Below, one piece after another: positions 1 through 11,983 of a stretch of 37,351 bases of DNA (position 1 is its first letter; each line of letters starts with the position of its first letter). The translations under genes were made by a program, and so were the position numbers. The stretch lies in the NCBI RefSeq assembly GCF_004010195.1, contig NC_057756.1, forward strand, positions 6,304,463 through 6,341,813. Reading direction: 5' to 3'. The notes under the pieces are model-generated. The model had not been told where the DNA came from and made no database searches. It saw only the letters and a program-made list of their open reading frames with translations. The DNA comes from Chiloscyllium plagiosum. Lineage: Eukaryota.

Positions 1-518
1 GCATGAGCAAAACTAATGTAGTGTACAAAATCCCATGCAAGGACTGCACAAAACACTATATAGGACAAACAGGAAGACAGGTAACGGTCCGCATCCATGA
101 ACACCAACTAGCCACGAAACGACACGACCAGCCATCCTTAGTAGCCACACAAACAGATGACAAGCAACATGAATTCGACTGGGACAACACTACTCTTTAG
201 GACAAGCCAAACAGAGAATAGCCAGGGAATTCCTTGGGGCATGGCACTCATTCACAGATTCAATCAATAAGCACATCGACCTGGACCCTATATACCGGCC
301 ACTGCAATGGACAGCTGGAACTGACAACCGGAAGTGGCAGATTCAAACCACTAAAAATGCCGGAGGAAAAATCACAGAAGCACTTCACAGGAGGATCCCA
401 AGCACTGAGGATGTCACCTATACAGGGGACGAAACGTCTGCAACACAAATTCCCAGCTCGGTGAACAGAACCACAACAACGAGCACCCGAGCTACAAATC
501 TTCTCACAGACTTTGAAC
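1..518 (+). mobile_element. Penelope-like retroelement 3' end (GIY-YIG endonuclease C-terminus plus terminal repeat), truncated by window start, with premature stop
   Basis: VVYKIPCKDCTKHYIGQTGR...RIHEH is the PLE GIY-YIG signature. The frame continues past a stop (GQAKQRIAREFLGAWHS). A hammerhead core follows. The paralogous site at 27852 lacks the element. Confidence 0.92.
402..441 (+). ncRNA. Minimal hammerhead ribozyme (PLE-associated), intact core
   Basis: gca-CTGAGGA-t-gtc a cct atac agg g gac-GAAA-c-GTC-tgc: 3-bp stem I, stem II gtc/gac plus cct/agg, palindromic ACGT stem III, GUC cleavage triplet. Confidence 0.8.
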
Positions 519-1351
519 TCTAGTTATTAGTCCACACATGCCAGTTTCTGGTTTTTGAACGTGAAGACATTTATCAAGCTGTACCTGTCAGATTTTGCTG
601 TGTGTGAATGTTTGTGATTATAAGTATCTCTGTCAGTTTGTGCCAAGTCACTGCGTGAATATAGTTATTGATCTGCATAAGTCGGTTTCTGTCATGTGAA
701 CGTGTGTCATCATCAAAGTGTCCCTGGCTGTTGCTGCACTGCAAATTTATGACTGTAGTTATCTGTCTGTACCTTTCAGGTTTTGCTCCATGAACATGAA
801 TATATCGGTTACAATTTATGCCTATCAGTTTCTGCTTGGTGAGCATGAAAGTACAGCTTTCAATTTGGCTATGTGTATATGTTAACATAGTTATTGATCT
901 GTATCTGGCAGCATTGGCTTTGTGAGTGTGTGAAGTTTGTTATCAATCTGTTCCTGTCAGAGAAATGCAAAAATGGAAGTGTAGTTATCAACCTATACAT
1001 GTTTTTTTCTGCTGTGCGAATGTATGAGTGTAGTTACCAATCCAAAGGTGTCAGTTACTGCTTGGTGAATGTGTTTATGTAATCATCAGTCTATTAATGA
1101 GTTTCTCCTATATGAATGTAAGTGTAGTTATCAAACTGTAGTGATTAGTGATGTGTACCTGTCATTTCCTGGTATGTGATTATTTGAGTGCAGTGATTAG
1201 TTTCTGCAATTTAAATGTCACTGTCATTATGATTTTCTACCTGCTAGTTTCTGCAATGTGAATATGAGAATCAGGTTTCAACCTATGCCTATCAGTTTTT
1301 GTGATGTCCATATGTGAGATAGATATCAATTTTATCTGCCAGTTTCTGACA
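519..1351 (+). repeat. Degenerate ~49-bp tandem repeat array
   Basis: Recurring gttatcaatctgtacctgtcagtttctgctatgtgaat-like units; paralogous to 27852-29467. Confidence 0.8.
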
Positions 1352-3860
1352 ATTTACAGCAGAGATGATGGAGGATAGGCCAGCTGCATGCTCTTCTTGC
1401 AGGATGTGGGAGGTAAGGCACGCCACTAATGTCCCTGCTGAAGTCACCTGCAATAAGTGCACCAAACCTACAAATGAGACTCCCGGATGGTATGCTGCTT
1501 CCTGCGTTCTGGGGTCAGAAATATCTTGGCTTGAATCTACAGGATTCTTAAGCGGGAAGGAGAGCAGGCAGAAGTTGTTGTACACATTGGTACCAATGAC
1601 ACAGATTGCTACCGTTGCCATGAAATAGCGAGGTTAGGAACAGAGACCAAATGCAGATGAACACCTGACTGCAGGGCTGATATAGGAGGGAGGGCTTTGG
1701 ATATGTGGATCATTGGGATACCTTCCGGGGAAGGTGGGTCCTGTACAAAGAGGACAGGTTGCACCTGAACAGGAGGGGTACCAATATACTGGGTGAGAGG
1801 TTTGCTGGAGCACTTTGGGAGGGATTAAACTAGTTTGGATGGGGTTGAGAACCGGAGATATGTATCAGAGGATGGATAGCTTGTGTATGGCCAGCGACAA
1901 TGTGCACAATGTCTTTGAGTAGGGATAGACAGATGATAGGGCAAATTTGCATTCAGTGTGATGGGTTGAACTGTGTCTATATTAATGCAAGAAGTATCAG
2001 GTATAAGGCTGATGAACTCAGTTCCAAGTACTGATCCATGCTCTGTGATGTTGTGGCCATTACGGAGACTTGGATAGCACAGGGACAGGAATCGTTGATG
2101 GATGTTGCAGGGTTTAGCTGGTTCAGAAGGAATTGGGAGGGGGTGGGGAGTAAAACAGTTGAGGAAATGGCATTGCTAAATCAGGGCAGTATCACACCTA
2201 CAGAAAGGGAGTCATTGAGGAGGGCTTGTCTACAGAAACAGTATGGATAGAAGCCAGAAACAGAAAAGGAGCAATCACTTTATTGGGAGCTTTCTATTGA
2301 CTCCCCATAGCAACATAGACACGGAAGAGGAGATTGGGAGACAGATTTTGGAAAGGTGCAGAAGTAACAGTGTTGTTATCATAGGTGATTTTAACTCTCC
2401 TCATATTGATTGGAAACTCCTTAGTTCAAATCGCTTGGATGGAGTACATTTTTTGTCAAACACATCCAGGAAGGATTTTGATTCAGGCTGACTAGAGGGG
2501 AGGCTATACTGGATTTGGTGCTTGGACTCGAACTAAGCCAGATGTCAGATCTCTTGGTGGGAGGGTATTTTGGTGATAGTGAAAATAATCTTTGTTACAA
2601 TCATTGAGGGGGATAGGAGCAGATGGTATGGGAAAGTATTTAATTGGGGGAGGGGGAATTGCAGTGCTATTAGGTGCCAATATTGGGAACTGATGTTCTC
2701 AGGGAAATTCACGACAGTAATATGGAGGTTGTTTGGGGAGCACTTGCTGATAGTGCTGGATAGGTTTGTCCCACTGAGGCAAGAAACGGATGGTAGGGTG
2801 AAGGAATCTTGGATGACAAGGGATGTAGAACTTCTAGTCAAGAGGATGGAGGAAGCTTACTTAACACTGAGGAAGCAAGGATCAGACAGGGCTCCAGAAG
2901 TGTACAAGGTGGCCAGGAAGGAACTGAAGAATGGATTCAGGAGATCTGGAAGGGGACATGAAAAAGCTTTAGCAGGTGGGATTAAGAAAAATCTAAGACT
3001 TTGTCCAGTTATGTGAGGAGCAAGATGATGGACAGAGTGAGGATAGAGCCGATCAGGGATAGTGGAGGAAAATCGTGCCTGGAGTCAGAGGAGGTATGGG
3101 AGGTCCTTAATGAACACTGTGCTTTAGTATTCACTCGTGAGAGGGACCTTGTTGTTTGTGAGGACAGTGTGAAACAGGCTGATATGCTCGAACAGGTTGA
3201 TGTTTCGAAGACGGATGAACTGAAAATTTCAAAAACCTATGGATAGATAACTCCCCTGGACCAGACGGGTTATATACAAGGTTACTACAGGAAGTGAGGG
3301 AAGAGATTGCTGCACCTTTGGTGATCTTTGCATCCTCAATGTCCACTGGACTACTGCTTGATGTTTGGAGGGTGACAAGAGTTATCCCCCTGTTAAGAAA
3401 GGGAAAAGGGATTATCCTGGGAATTGCAGACCAGACTTACGTCAGTGGTGGGATAATTATTGAAGATGGTTCTCAGAGACAGGATTTATGATTACAAGGA
3501 AAACCATAGTTTGTTTAGAGACGGTCAGCATGGCTTTGTGAGGGGCAGGTTGATTAAATTCTGAAGCCTGATTGAATTCTTTGAGGATGTCACAAAACAC
3601 ATTGATGAAAATAGAGCAGTGGATGTGGTGTACACGGATTTTAGCAAGGCGTTTAAGAATGATCCCCATGGTAGGCTCATTCAGAAAATAAGGAGGCATG
3701 GGATACAGGGAAGTTTGGCTGTTTGGATACAGATTTGGTTTGCCCATATAAGACAGAGGGTGGTCGTAGATGAACAGTATTTTGCTTGGAGCTCGGTGAC
3801 CAGTGGTGCTCCACAGAGATCTGTTCTGAAATCTCTGCTCTTCATGAGTTTTATAAATAA
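1352..3860 (+). mobile_element. Decayed CR1-clade LINE (element A): ORF1 (Cys motif, SGNH esterase) and ORF2 APE/RT remnants
   Basis: CSSCRMWEV...CNKC; VHIGTND; LHLNRRGTN; NARSI...DVVAITETW; IGDFNSPHIDW; DVVYTDFSKAF. Many stops and frameshifts. Confidence 0.93.
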
Positions 3861-4006
3861 GTTGAAACTTTATTGCTGGAACAGCACAGCAGGTCAGGCA
3901 GCATCTAGGGAACAGAAGATTCGACGTTTCGGGCACATGCCCTTCTTCAGGAATGAGCAGAGAGTGTTCAGCAGGAGAAGATAAAAGGTAGGGAGGAGGG
4001 ACTTGG
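3861..4006 (-). mobile_element. Penelope-like element terminal fragment
   Basis: Hammerhead followed by gatgctgcctgacctgctgtgctgttccagcaataaa; same family as 17837-18191, 22944-23030 and 24724-24853. Confidence 0.8.
3919..3954 (-). ncRNA. Minimal hammerhead ribozyme, intact core
   Basis: Minus strand attc-CTGAAGA-a-gggc atgt gccc-GAAA-c-GTC-gaat: 4-bp stem I, 4-bp stem II, ACGT palindrome, GUC triplet. Confidence 0.85.
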
Positions 4007-4019
4007 AGGATCTGACACT

Positions 4020-4049
4020 GTGCTAACCACTGAGCCACTGTGCCGCCCC
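4020..4049 (-). mobile_element. HE1-type SINE 5' head fragment (A-box region)
   Basis: Matches the 5' ends of the SINEs at 6787-7090 and 29468-29792 (ggcggcacagtggctcagtggttagcac). Confidence 0.7.
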
Positions 4050-4051
4050 AG

Positions 4052-7000
4052 AGATGATGGCTCTGAAACTATGGATGGACTCACATTGAAGCATCCGTGA
4101 TGCTGTGGGGGTCGTTGATACTGTTTAGCAAATTGGTCACACCGCTGATTAGGATTGCTGAGGGAGAAAGGGAATGGGTGACCAAAACACAGAGAAAGAA
4201 CAGGAAGGCAGGGCGGGAAAAAAATTGAAGTGCTAGAATCACAGGGGATTCAATTGTAAGGAGAATAGATATGCAGCTCTGTGGTTGAAAACGAGACTCC
4301 CAAATGGTGCATCCGGCGGGATGTTTCAGATCGGCTGCAGAATATTTTGAAGGGGAAAGGTGAACAGCCAGTTGGCGTGGTGGATATAGGCATCAATGAT
4401 ACAGGTAAAAAAAAAATGGAATGAGGTCTTACAAGCAGAATTTAGGGAGTTAGGAGCCAAAGTAAAAAGGTAGGACCTCAGAGTTAGTAATCTCAGGATA
4501 GCTGCCAGTGCCACATGCTAGTCTGAGTACAAATAAAAGAACAGGCAGGATAAATGTGATGCCGGAGGAGGGAGGGGTTCATATTTTTGGGACATTGGGA
4601 GCGGCTCTGGAATGGTGGGACTATTACAAATTGGATAGTCTACACCTGGGCTGGACTGGAACCAATGTCCTTGGGGGTGTTTTTGCTAACGCTGTTGAGG
4701 AGGGTTTAAACTAATGTGGCAGGGGGATGTAAACCAAATGTGGAGGTTAGTGCACAGTAAGGAGGTAGTAACTAAAGCCTGTCAGCATGTGCATGGAGAA
4801 GAATAGGTAGGAGCAGAAAATGAATGCAAAGGAACTGGTGGTCTGAAGTGCATTTGTTTTAATGTGAGAAGTGTAGTAGTTAAGGCAAATGAACTTAGGG
4901 CTTGGAGTAATACCTGGGAGCATGATGTTATTGCTATTACTGAGACTTGGTTGTGGAAAGGGCATGACTGGCAACTAAATATCCCAAAGTATCAATGCTT
5001 CAGGCAGCATAGAGATGGAGCTAAAAGAGCTAGAGGAGTTGCATTAATGGTCAGAGAGGATATCACAGCTGTTCTGAAGGAGGGCACTATGGAGGTCTTA
5101 AATAGTGAAGCAACATGGCCAGAGCTCAGAAATAGAAAGGGTGTGGTAACAATGTTGGGGCTGTAGTATAGATGTTCCAACAATGAGCATGCAATAGAAG
5201 TACAAATATGTCAACAGATTATGGAAAGATGTAGCAGCAGCGTGGTAATCTTAGGAGATTTTAATTTTCCAACATTGACTGGGATTCAGTTAGTGTTAGA
5301 GGTCCAGATGGAACAGAATTTGTAAGGAGCATCCAGAAGGGTTTTCTAGAGCAGTATGTAAATAGTCCAACTCGGGAAGGGTCCATACTGCACCTGGTGT
5401 TGGGGACTGAGCCCGGTCAGGTGGTTGAAGTTTCTGTAGGGGCTGACTGTGGGAATATTGATCACAATTCCACAAGTGTTAGAATACTCATGGACAAAGA
5501 CGAGAGAGGTCCGAAAGGAAGAGTTCTAAATTGGGGGAAGGCAAAATATACCAACATTTGGCAGGAGCTGGGGAATGTGGATTGGGAGCAGTTATTTGAA
5601 GGTAAATAACATTTGATATGTTGGAGGCTTTTAAAGAGAGGCTGATTAGAATGCAGGACAGACATGCCCCTGTGAAAATGAGGGATAGAAATGGCAAGAT
5701 TAGAGAACCATGGATGACAGGTGAAATTATGAGACTAGCTCTGGGGAAATAGGAAGCATACATAAGGTCTAGGTGATTGACAACAGACGCAATTTTGGAA
5801 GAATATCAAGAAAGTAAGACCAATCTGAAATGAGGAATTAAGAGGGCTAAAAGGGGTCATGAAATATCTTTAGCAAACAGGGTTAAGGAAAGTCCCAAAG
5901 CCTTTCATTCATATATAGGAAGCAAGAGGGTAACTAGAGAAAGTGCTGGCCCACTCAAGGACAGTGGAGTCAGAGAAAATGGTAAGATTCTTAATGAGTA
6001 CTTTGCATTGGTATTCACTGAGCAGAGGGATATGAAGAATTTTCGGGATAGATGTTTGTTTACTCGAGGTCAAGTCAGCATAAGGAGGGAGGAAGTGTTG
6101 GGTATTCTAAAAGGCATTAAGGTGGACAAGTCCCTAGGTCTATCCCAGGGTACTGGGGGAAGCAAGAGGGGAAATAGCTGGGGCCTTAACAGATATCCTT
6201 CCATCATCATTGAACATGGGTGAGGTCCCAGAGGACTAGAGAATTGCTAATGTTGGCCCCTTGTTTAGGAAGGGTTGCAGAGATAATCCAGGTATAGACC
6301 AGTAAGCCTGATGTCAGTGGTAGGGAAGCTACTGGAAAAGATATTGAGGGATCGGACCTATTCTCATTTGAAAGAAAATGAGTTCATCAGTGACAGGCAA
6401 CATGGTTTGTGCAGGGAAGATCATGTGTTACCAACTTAATAGAATTATTTGAGGAAGTGACAAAGGTCATTGACAAGGGAAGGGCTGTAGGTGTCATATA
6501 CATGGACTTCAGTAAGGCATTTGATAACTTTCCCCATGGTAGCTTGATGGAGAAAGTGAAGTCTCATGGAGTCCAGAGTGTACGAGCTAGATGAATAGAG
6601 AACAGGCTGGGCAACAGGAGACAGTATTGTAGTGGAACAGTTCCTCAAAATCGAGAACTGTGACCATGCTGGGACGCTGTTCTTTGTGATATACATGAAT
6701 GATTTGGAGGAATGTACATGTGGTCTGATTAGCAAGTTTGCAGATGACACTAAGATTGTTGGAGTTGTAGATAGTGAAGGGGACTGATTAGATTCCCTAT
6801 AGTGTGGAAACAGGCCCTTCGGCCAAAGCAGTCCACATCGACTCTCCAAAGAGAACCCACCCAGACCCATTCCTTCTGACTAATGCACTGAACACTATGG
6901 ACAATTTAGCATGGCCAATTCACCTGACCTGCACATCTTTGGACTGTGGGAGGAAACCGGAGCACCCGGAGGAAACCCACGCAGACACAGGGAGAATGTG

Positions 7001-7963
7001 CAAACTCTACACAGACAGTCACCCGAGGTTGGAATCGAACCTGGGACCTTGTGAGGTAGCAGTGCTAACCACTGAGCCACTATGCCACCCTCTTAGAGAA
7101 CATAGCAGAATATAGATAGATTGGAGAGTTGCACAGAGAAATGGCAGATAGAGTTCTATCCAGTCAAATGAAAGGTGATGCATTTTCACAGATCCAATTC
7201 AAGAGTGATCTAGAGGGTAAATGGAAAAGCCCTGGGGAAAATTGATGTACAGAGAAATCTGGGTGTTAACGCCCATTGTTCCCTGAAGGTGGCAATGCAG
7301 GTCATTAGAGTGGTCAAGAATGCATACCTTCATCGGTATGCTTACCTTCATCAGAGGGGGTATTGAGTACAAGAATTGGCAGGTCTTGTTACACTTAGGT
7401 TCGGCCACATTTGGAATACTCCATACAGTTCTGGTCTCCACATTACCAAAAGGATGTGGATGCTTTGGAGAGGGTGCAGAGGAGGTTTGCCAGGATGTTG
7501 CCTGTAATGGACAGTGCTAGCTATGAGGAGTGGTTGAGTAGATTAAGATTATTTTCATTAGAAAGATGGAGGTTGAGGGGGGGACCTGATTGAGGTCTGC
7601 AAAATCATGAGAAGAGTAGTTAGGATGGAGAGCAAGAAGCTTTTTATTCCTCCTAGAGTAGGGGACTCAATTGCTTGGGGTCATGAGTTCAAGGTCAGAG
7701 GGGTAGGGTTTAAGGGACATATGCATGGAAAGTTCTTTATGCAGAGAGTGGTGGGTGTCTGGAATGCATTGTCAGCGGAAGCGGTAGAGGCAGGTATGAT
7801 ATTAAATAATACAATGTGTCTAGACAGAATCATGAATTGGCAGGGAGCAAAGGGATACAGATCCTTAGAAAATAGGTGACAGGTTTAGATAGAGGACTTG
7901 GATCAGTGCAGGCTTGGAGGGCCAAAGGGCCTGTTCCTGTGCTGGAATTTTCTTTGTTCTTTT
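4052..7963 (+). mobile_element. Decayed CR1-clade LINE (element B) with 3' end, nested in element A
   Basis: ORF1 esterase remnants to ~4735; DVIAITETW; YMDFSKAFD; SKFADDTK; WSPHYQKDVDALERVQRRF; 3' tail gggcctgttcctgtgctg...ttctttgttctttt. May itself be a composite near 4780. Confidence 0.92.
6787..7090 (-). mobile_element. HE1-type tRNA-derived V-SINE, near full length
   Basis: A box tggctcagtgg, B box ggttcgattcc, V-domain gggtttcctccgggtgctccggtttcctcccacagtccaaaga, LINE-derived tail. Absent from the paralogous site near 11130. Confidence 0.92.
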
Positions 7964-8260
7964 ATTCATTTTAGATGGTGGAATTTGAATGCAGATTATA
8001 GGGTTAAAGGCAGAATTCTTGGCAGTATGGAGGAAGAGAGGAATCTTGGGGCTCACATCCATAGATCTTTTAAAGTTGCCACCCAACTTGATAGGGTTGT
8101 CAAGAAGGTATATGGTGTCTTGGCTTTCATTGTAGGAGGATTGAGTTTAAGCTCCATGAAGTTATGCTGCAGCTCTATAGAGCTCTGGTTAGAACACACT
8201 TGGAATATTGTGTTCAGTTCAGGAAGAACTGAACATTATAGGAAGAATGTAGAGGGTGCA
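7964..8260 (+). mobile_element. Continuation of CR1 element A reverse transcriptase after the nested insertion
   Basis: IHF...NLNADYRVKGRILGSMEEERNLG resumes where element A is interrupted (MEFNLETYE, at 31940-31966 in copy III). Confidence 0.85.
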
Positions 8261-8267
8261 GGGGGAG

Positions 8268-8893
8268 GTGGTTTCTATAGTATCACTGAGACAATCGTTT
8301 TATGTGAAACATGGACATTGTTGGTGCTTATTTGTAAAAGTAACTTTTTTTTATTCTGCATCAGTCTCTCCAATTCTAGAAGATAGTTTATCCCAATGCA
8401 CTGCACAACAGATTGTGGTGTCCTTTATCACCAGAATCAGAGTTGGGACAGCACAGAAGCAAGCAATTCAGGCCATTGTCTGCACACTGGGACATTCTCT
8501 TCTGCATCCATTCTGCACAGCAGTTTCCATCAGTTGTTGGGAATGTCAACTTCATCCACTCACTGTCAGTGGCGATAAGTTAATGCCAATTTGATGTTAG
8601 TTCTGCAGCCTTTGAATAACTAGAGTATTACTTTTGATATACACGCAACAGTCTCAGGTTGAGACTATAGATCTCATGCTCCTTCGATGTTCCTTTGTGC
8701 ATCTGACTGGAGCATAAACTCCACAGATATACACTTATCCTGTGTAATTGACAGAATAGTTTTGCTCTAACATGTCTCTTTTCCATGAGGCTTAATTTTG
8801 TTGCATTCAGTCTCAGTTTTTTTTAATGTTATATGTTTGGAGTAGTCTTTACCTATCGATGCTGGGCATTGTAAAAATCTAATATTTAACACT
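8268..8893. other. Non-TE block duplicated at 13692-14314
   Basis: Collinear from ggtggtttctatagtatcactgagac to aatatttaacact in both copies. Confidence 0.9.
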
Positions 8894-9227
8894 GACTTTT
8901 GAGTGGGAGCAGCAGCTAAGGTAAGACAGTTTGTTTTAAAATTACTTACCGGTAGCGGGCAGCGGTGTTTTTTTTCTCTTCACAGAAAGAGCGGGAGCAG
9001 CAGGGGGAAGTGAAGACGACCAGAGGGGCCGCCGGGGAGGTTTTTTTTCCACTTTAAAAGCGCGCAGGAGAAGACCCGTTGTGGTAAGTAGGTAAGTGCT
9101 GCATTTTGCTTGTTGTATTCTTTAGACCCAGTTATTTTTTTTTAAAAAAAGGTTACTTTTAGAGGGATGGCAGTGAAGGCAGTGCAATGTTCCTCTTGCA
9201 ACATGTTTGAGGTGAGGGATGCCATGG
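8894..9227 (+). mobile_element. Young CR1 LINE 5' UTR and ORF1 start (ATG 9167), running into a gap
   Basis: MAVKAVQCSSCNMFEVRDAM matches the ORF1 starts at 1365 and 31975. The CpG-rich UTR interrupts the duplicated block (empty site at 14314). Confidence 0.8.
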
Positions 9228-9252
9228 NNNNNNNNNNNNNNNNNNNNNNNNN
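9228..9252. other. Assembly gap (25 N)
   Basis: Run of N. Confidence 1.
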
Positions 9253-11983
9253 GAGCATGATGTTATTGCTATTACTGAGACTTGGTTGTGTAAAGGGCAT
9301 GACTGGCAACTAAATATCCCAAAGTATCAATGCTTCAGGCAGCATAGAGATGGAGCTAAAAGAGCTAGAGGAGTTGCATTAATGGTCAGAGAGGATATCA
9401 CAGCTGTTCTGAAGGAGGGCACTATGGAGGTCTTAAATAGTGAAGCAACATGGCCAGAGCTCAGAAATAGAAAGGGTGTGGTAACAATGTTGGGGCTGTA
9501 GTACAGATGTTCCAACAATGAGCATGCAATAGAAGTACAAATATGTCAACAGATTATGGAAACATGTAGCAGCAGCGTGGTAATGATAGGAGATTTTAAT
9601 TTTCCAACATGGAACAGAATTTGTAAGGAGCATCCAGGAGGGTTTTCTAGAGCAGTATGTAAATAGTCCAACTTGGGAAGGGTCCATACTGCACCTGGTG
9701 TTGGGGACTGAGCCCGGTCAGGTGGATGAAGTTTCTGTAGGGGCTGACTGTGGGAATATTGATCACAATTCCACAAGTGTTAGAATACTCATGGACAAAG
9801 ACGAGAGAGATCCGAAAGGAAGAGTTCTAAATTGGGGGAAGGCAAAATATACCAAAATTTGGCAGGATTTGGGGAATGTGGATTGGGAGCAACTCTTTGA
9901 AGGGAAATCCACTTTTGATATGTGGGAGGCTTTTAAAGAGAGGCTGATTAGAGTGTGCATGCCTCTGCGAAAATGAGGGATAGAAGTGGCAAGATTTGTG
10001 AACCATGGATGACAGGTGAAAGTGTGAGACTAGCTCAGAGGAAATAGGAAGCATACATAAGGTCTAGTTGACTGACACCAGACAAAGCTTTGGAAGAATA
10101 TTGAGAAAGTAGGACCAATCTGAATTAAGAGGGCTAAAAGGGGTCATGAAATACCTTTAGCAAACAGGGTTAAGGAAAATCCCAAAGCCTTTTATTCATA
10201 TATAGGAAGCAAGAGGGTAACTAGAGAAAGGGTTAGCCCACTCAAGGACAATGGAGCAAAGTTATGCATGGAGTCAGAGAAAATGAGTGAGATTCTTAAA
10301 AAAATGCTTTGCATTGGTATTCACCAAAGAGAAGGCCATGACAGATGTTGAGGATTGAGATAGATGTTTGACTTCTCTAGGTCAAGTCAGCATAAGGAGA
10401 GAGGAAGTGTTGGGTATTCTAAAAGACATTAAGGTGGACAAGTCCCCAGGTCCAGATGGGATCTATCCCAAGTTACTGAGGGAACTGAGAGGGGAAATAG
10501 TTGGGGCCTTAACAGATATCTTTCCAGCATCCTTGAACACAGGTGATGTCCCCAATGACTGGAGAACTGTTAATTTGTTCCCTTGTTTAGGAAGCGTAGC
10601 AGGGATAATCCGGCTAACTATAGACCAGTGAGACTGACATTAGGGGTAGGGAAGCTGTTGGAGAGGATATCGAGGGGTAGGATCTATTTCCATTTGGAAG
10701 AAAATGGGCTTATCAGCGACAGGCAACATGGTTGTGTGCAGGGACGGTCGTGTCTTACCAACTTAGTAGAATTATTTGAGGAAGTGACAAAGGTCATTGA
10801 GTAAGGAAGGGCTGTAGGTGTCATATACACTACATGGACTTCAGTAACGGAAGGTTCCCCATGGTAACCTGATTGAGAAAGTGAAGTCGCATGGAGTCCA
10901 GGGTGTACTAGCTAGATGAATAGAGAACTGGCTGGGCAACAGGAGACAAAGAGTCGTAGGGGAATAGAGTTTCTCAAAATGGAGAACTGGGACCAGTGGT
11001 GTTTCAAAGGGACCTATTCTGGGACACTGTTGTTTGTGATATACATGAATGATTTGGAGGAAGGAATAGGTGGTCTGATTAGCAAGTTTGCAGATGACAC
11101 GTGGATTGGAGTAGTAGATAGTGAAGGGGAATGTCAGAGAACACATCAGAATATAGCCAGGTTGGAGAGTTGGCACAGAAATGGCAGATGGAGTTCAATC
11201 CGAGCAAATGAAAGGGAATGCATTTCACAAGATCCAATTCAAGTGTGAACTAGGTAGTAATGGAAAAGCCTTGGGGAAAGTTGTGTAGCGAGATCTGGGT
11301 GTTAAGGTCCATTGTCCCCAGAAGGTGGCAATGCAGGTCAATAGAGTGGTCAAGAACACATACGGCATGCTTTCCTTCATCATACGAGGTATAGAGTACA
11401 AGAGTTGGCAGGTCACGTTACAGATGTATAAGACTTTGGTTTGGCCACATTTGGAATACTGTGTACAGTTCTGGTCGGTACATTACCAAAAGGACATGGA
11501 TGCTTTGGAGAAGGTGCAAAGGAGGTTCACCAGTATGTTGCCTGTAATGGAGGGCACTAGCTATGAAGAGAAGTTGAGTAGATTCAGATTATTTTTATTA
11601 GACAGAGGTTGAGGGGGGGGACCTGATTGAGATCTGCAAAATCATAAGAATACTTAGAATGGACAGCAAAAGCTTTTACTCAGAGTGGGGGACTCAATTG
11701 CTTGGGGTCACGAGTTCAAGGTGAGAGGAGTAGGCTTTAAGGGAGATATGCGTGGCAGGTTGTTTACGCAGAGGGTGGTGAATGCCTGGAATGCATTGTC
11801 AGTGGAAGAGGTAGCATGATAGTATTATTTAATATGTGTCTAGACAGAATCATGAATTGGCAGGGAGCAAAAGGATACAGATCCTTAGAAAATAGGTGAC
11901 AGGTTTAGATAGAGGACATGGATCAGCGCAAGCTTGGAGGGCCAAAGGGCCTGTTCCTGTGCTGCAATTTTCTTTGTTCTTTT
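9253..11983 (+). mobile_element. Decayed CR1 element B, second copy (ORF2 and 3' end)
   Basis: Collinear with 4918-7963; KSPGPDGIYP, NYRPVRLT, SKFADDT, PHLEYCVQFW. Confidence 0.93.

Noticed and set aside
574..1082. Cys/Val-rich short ORFs in the 49-bp array (also 25871-29380)
   Set aside because: A 49-bp period is not a multiple of three; the ORFs are not conserved between duplicates.
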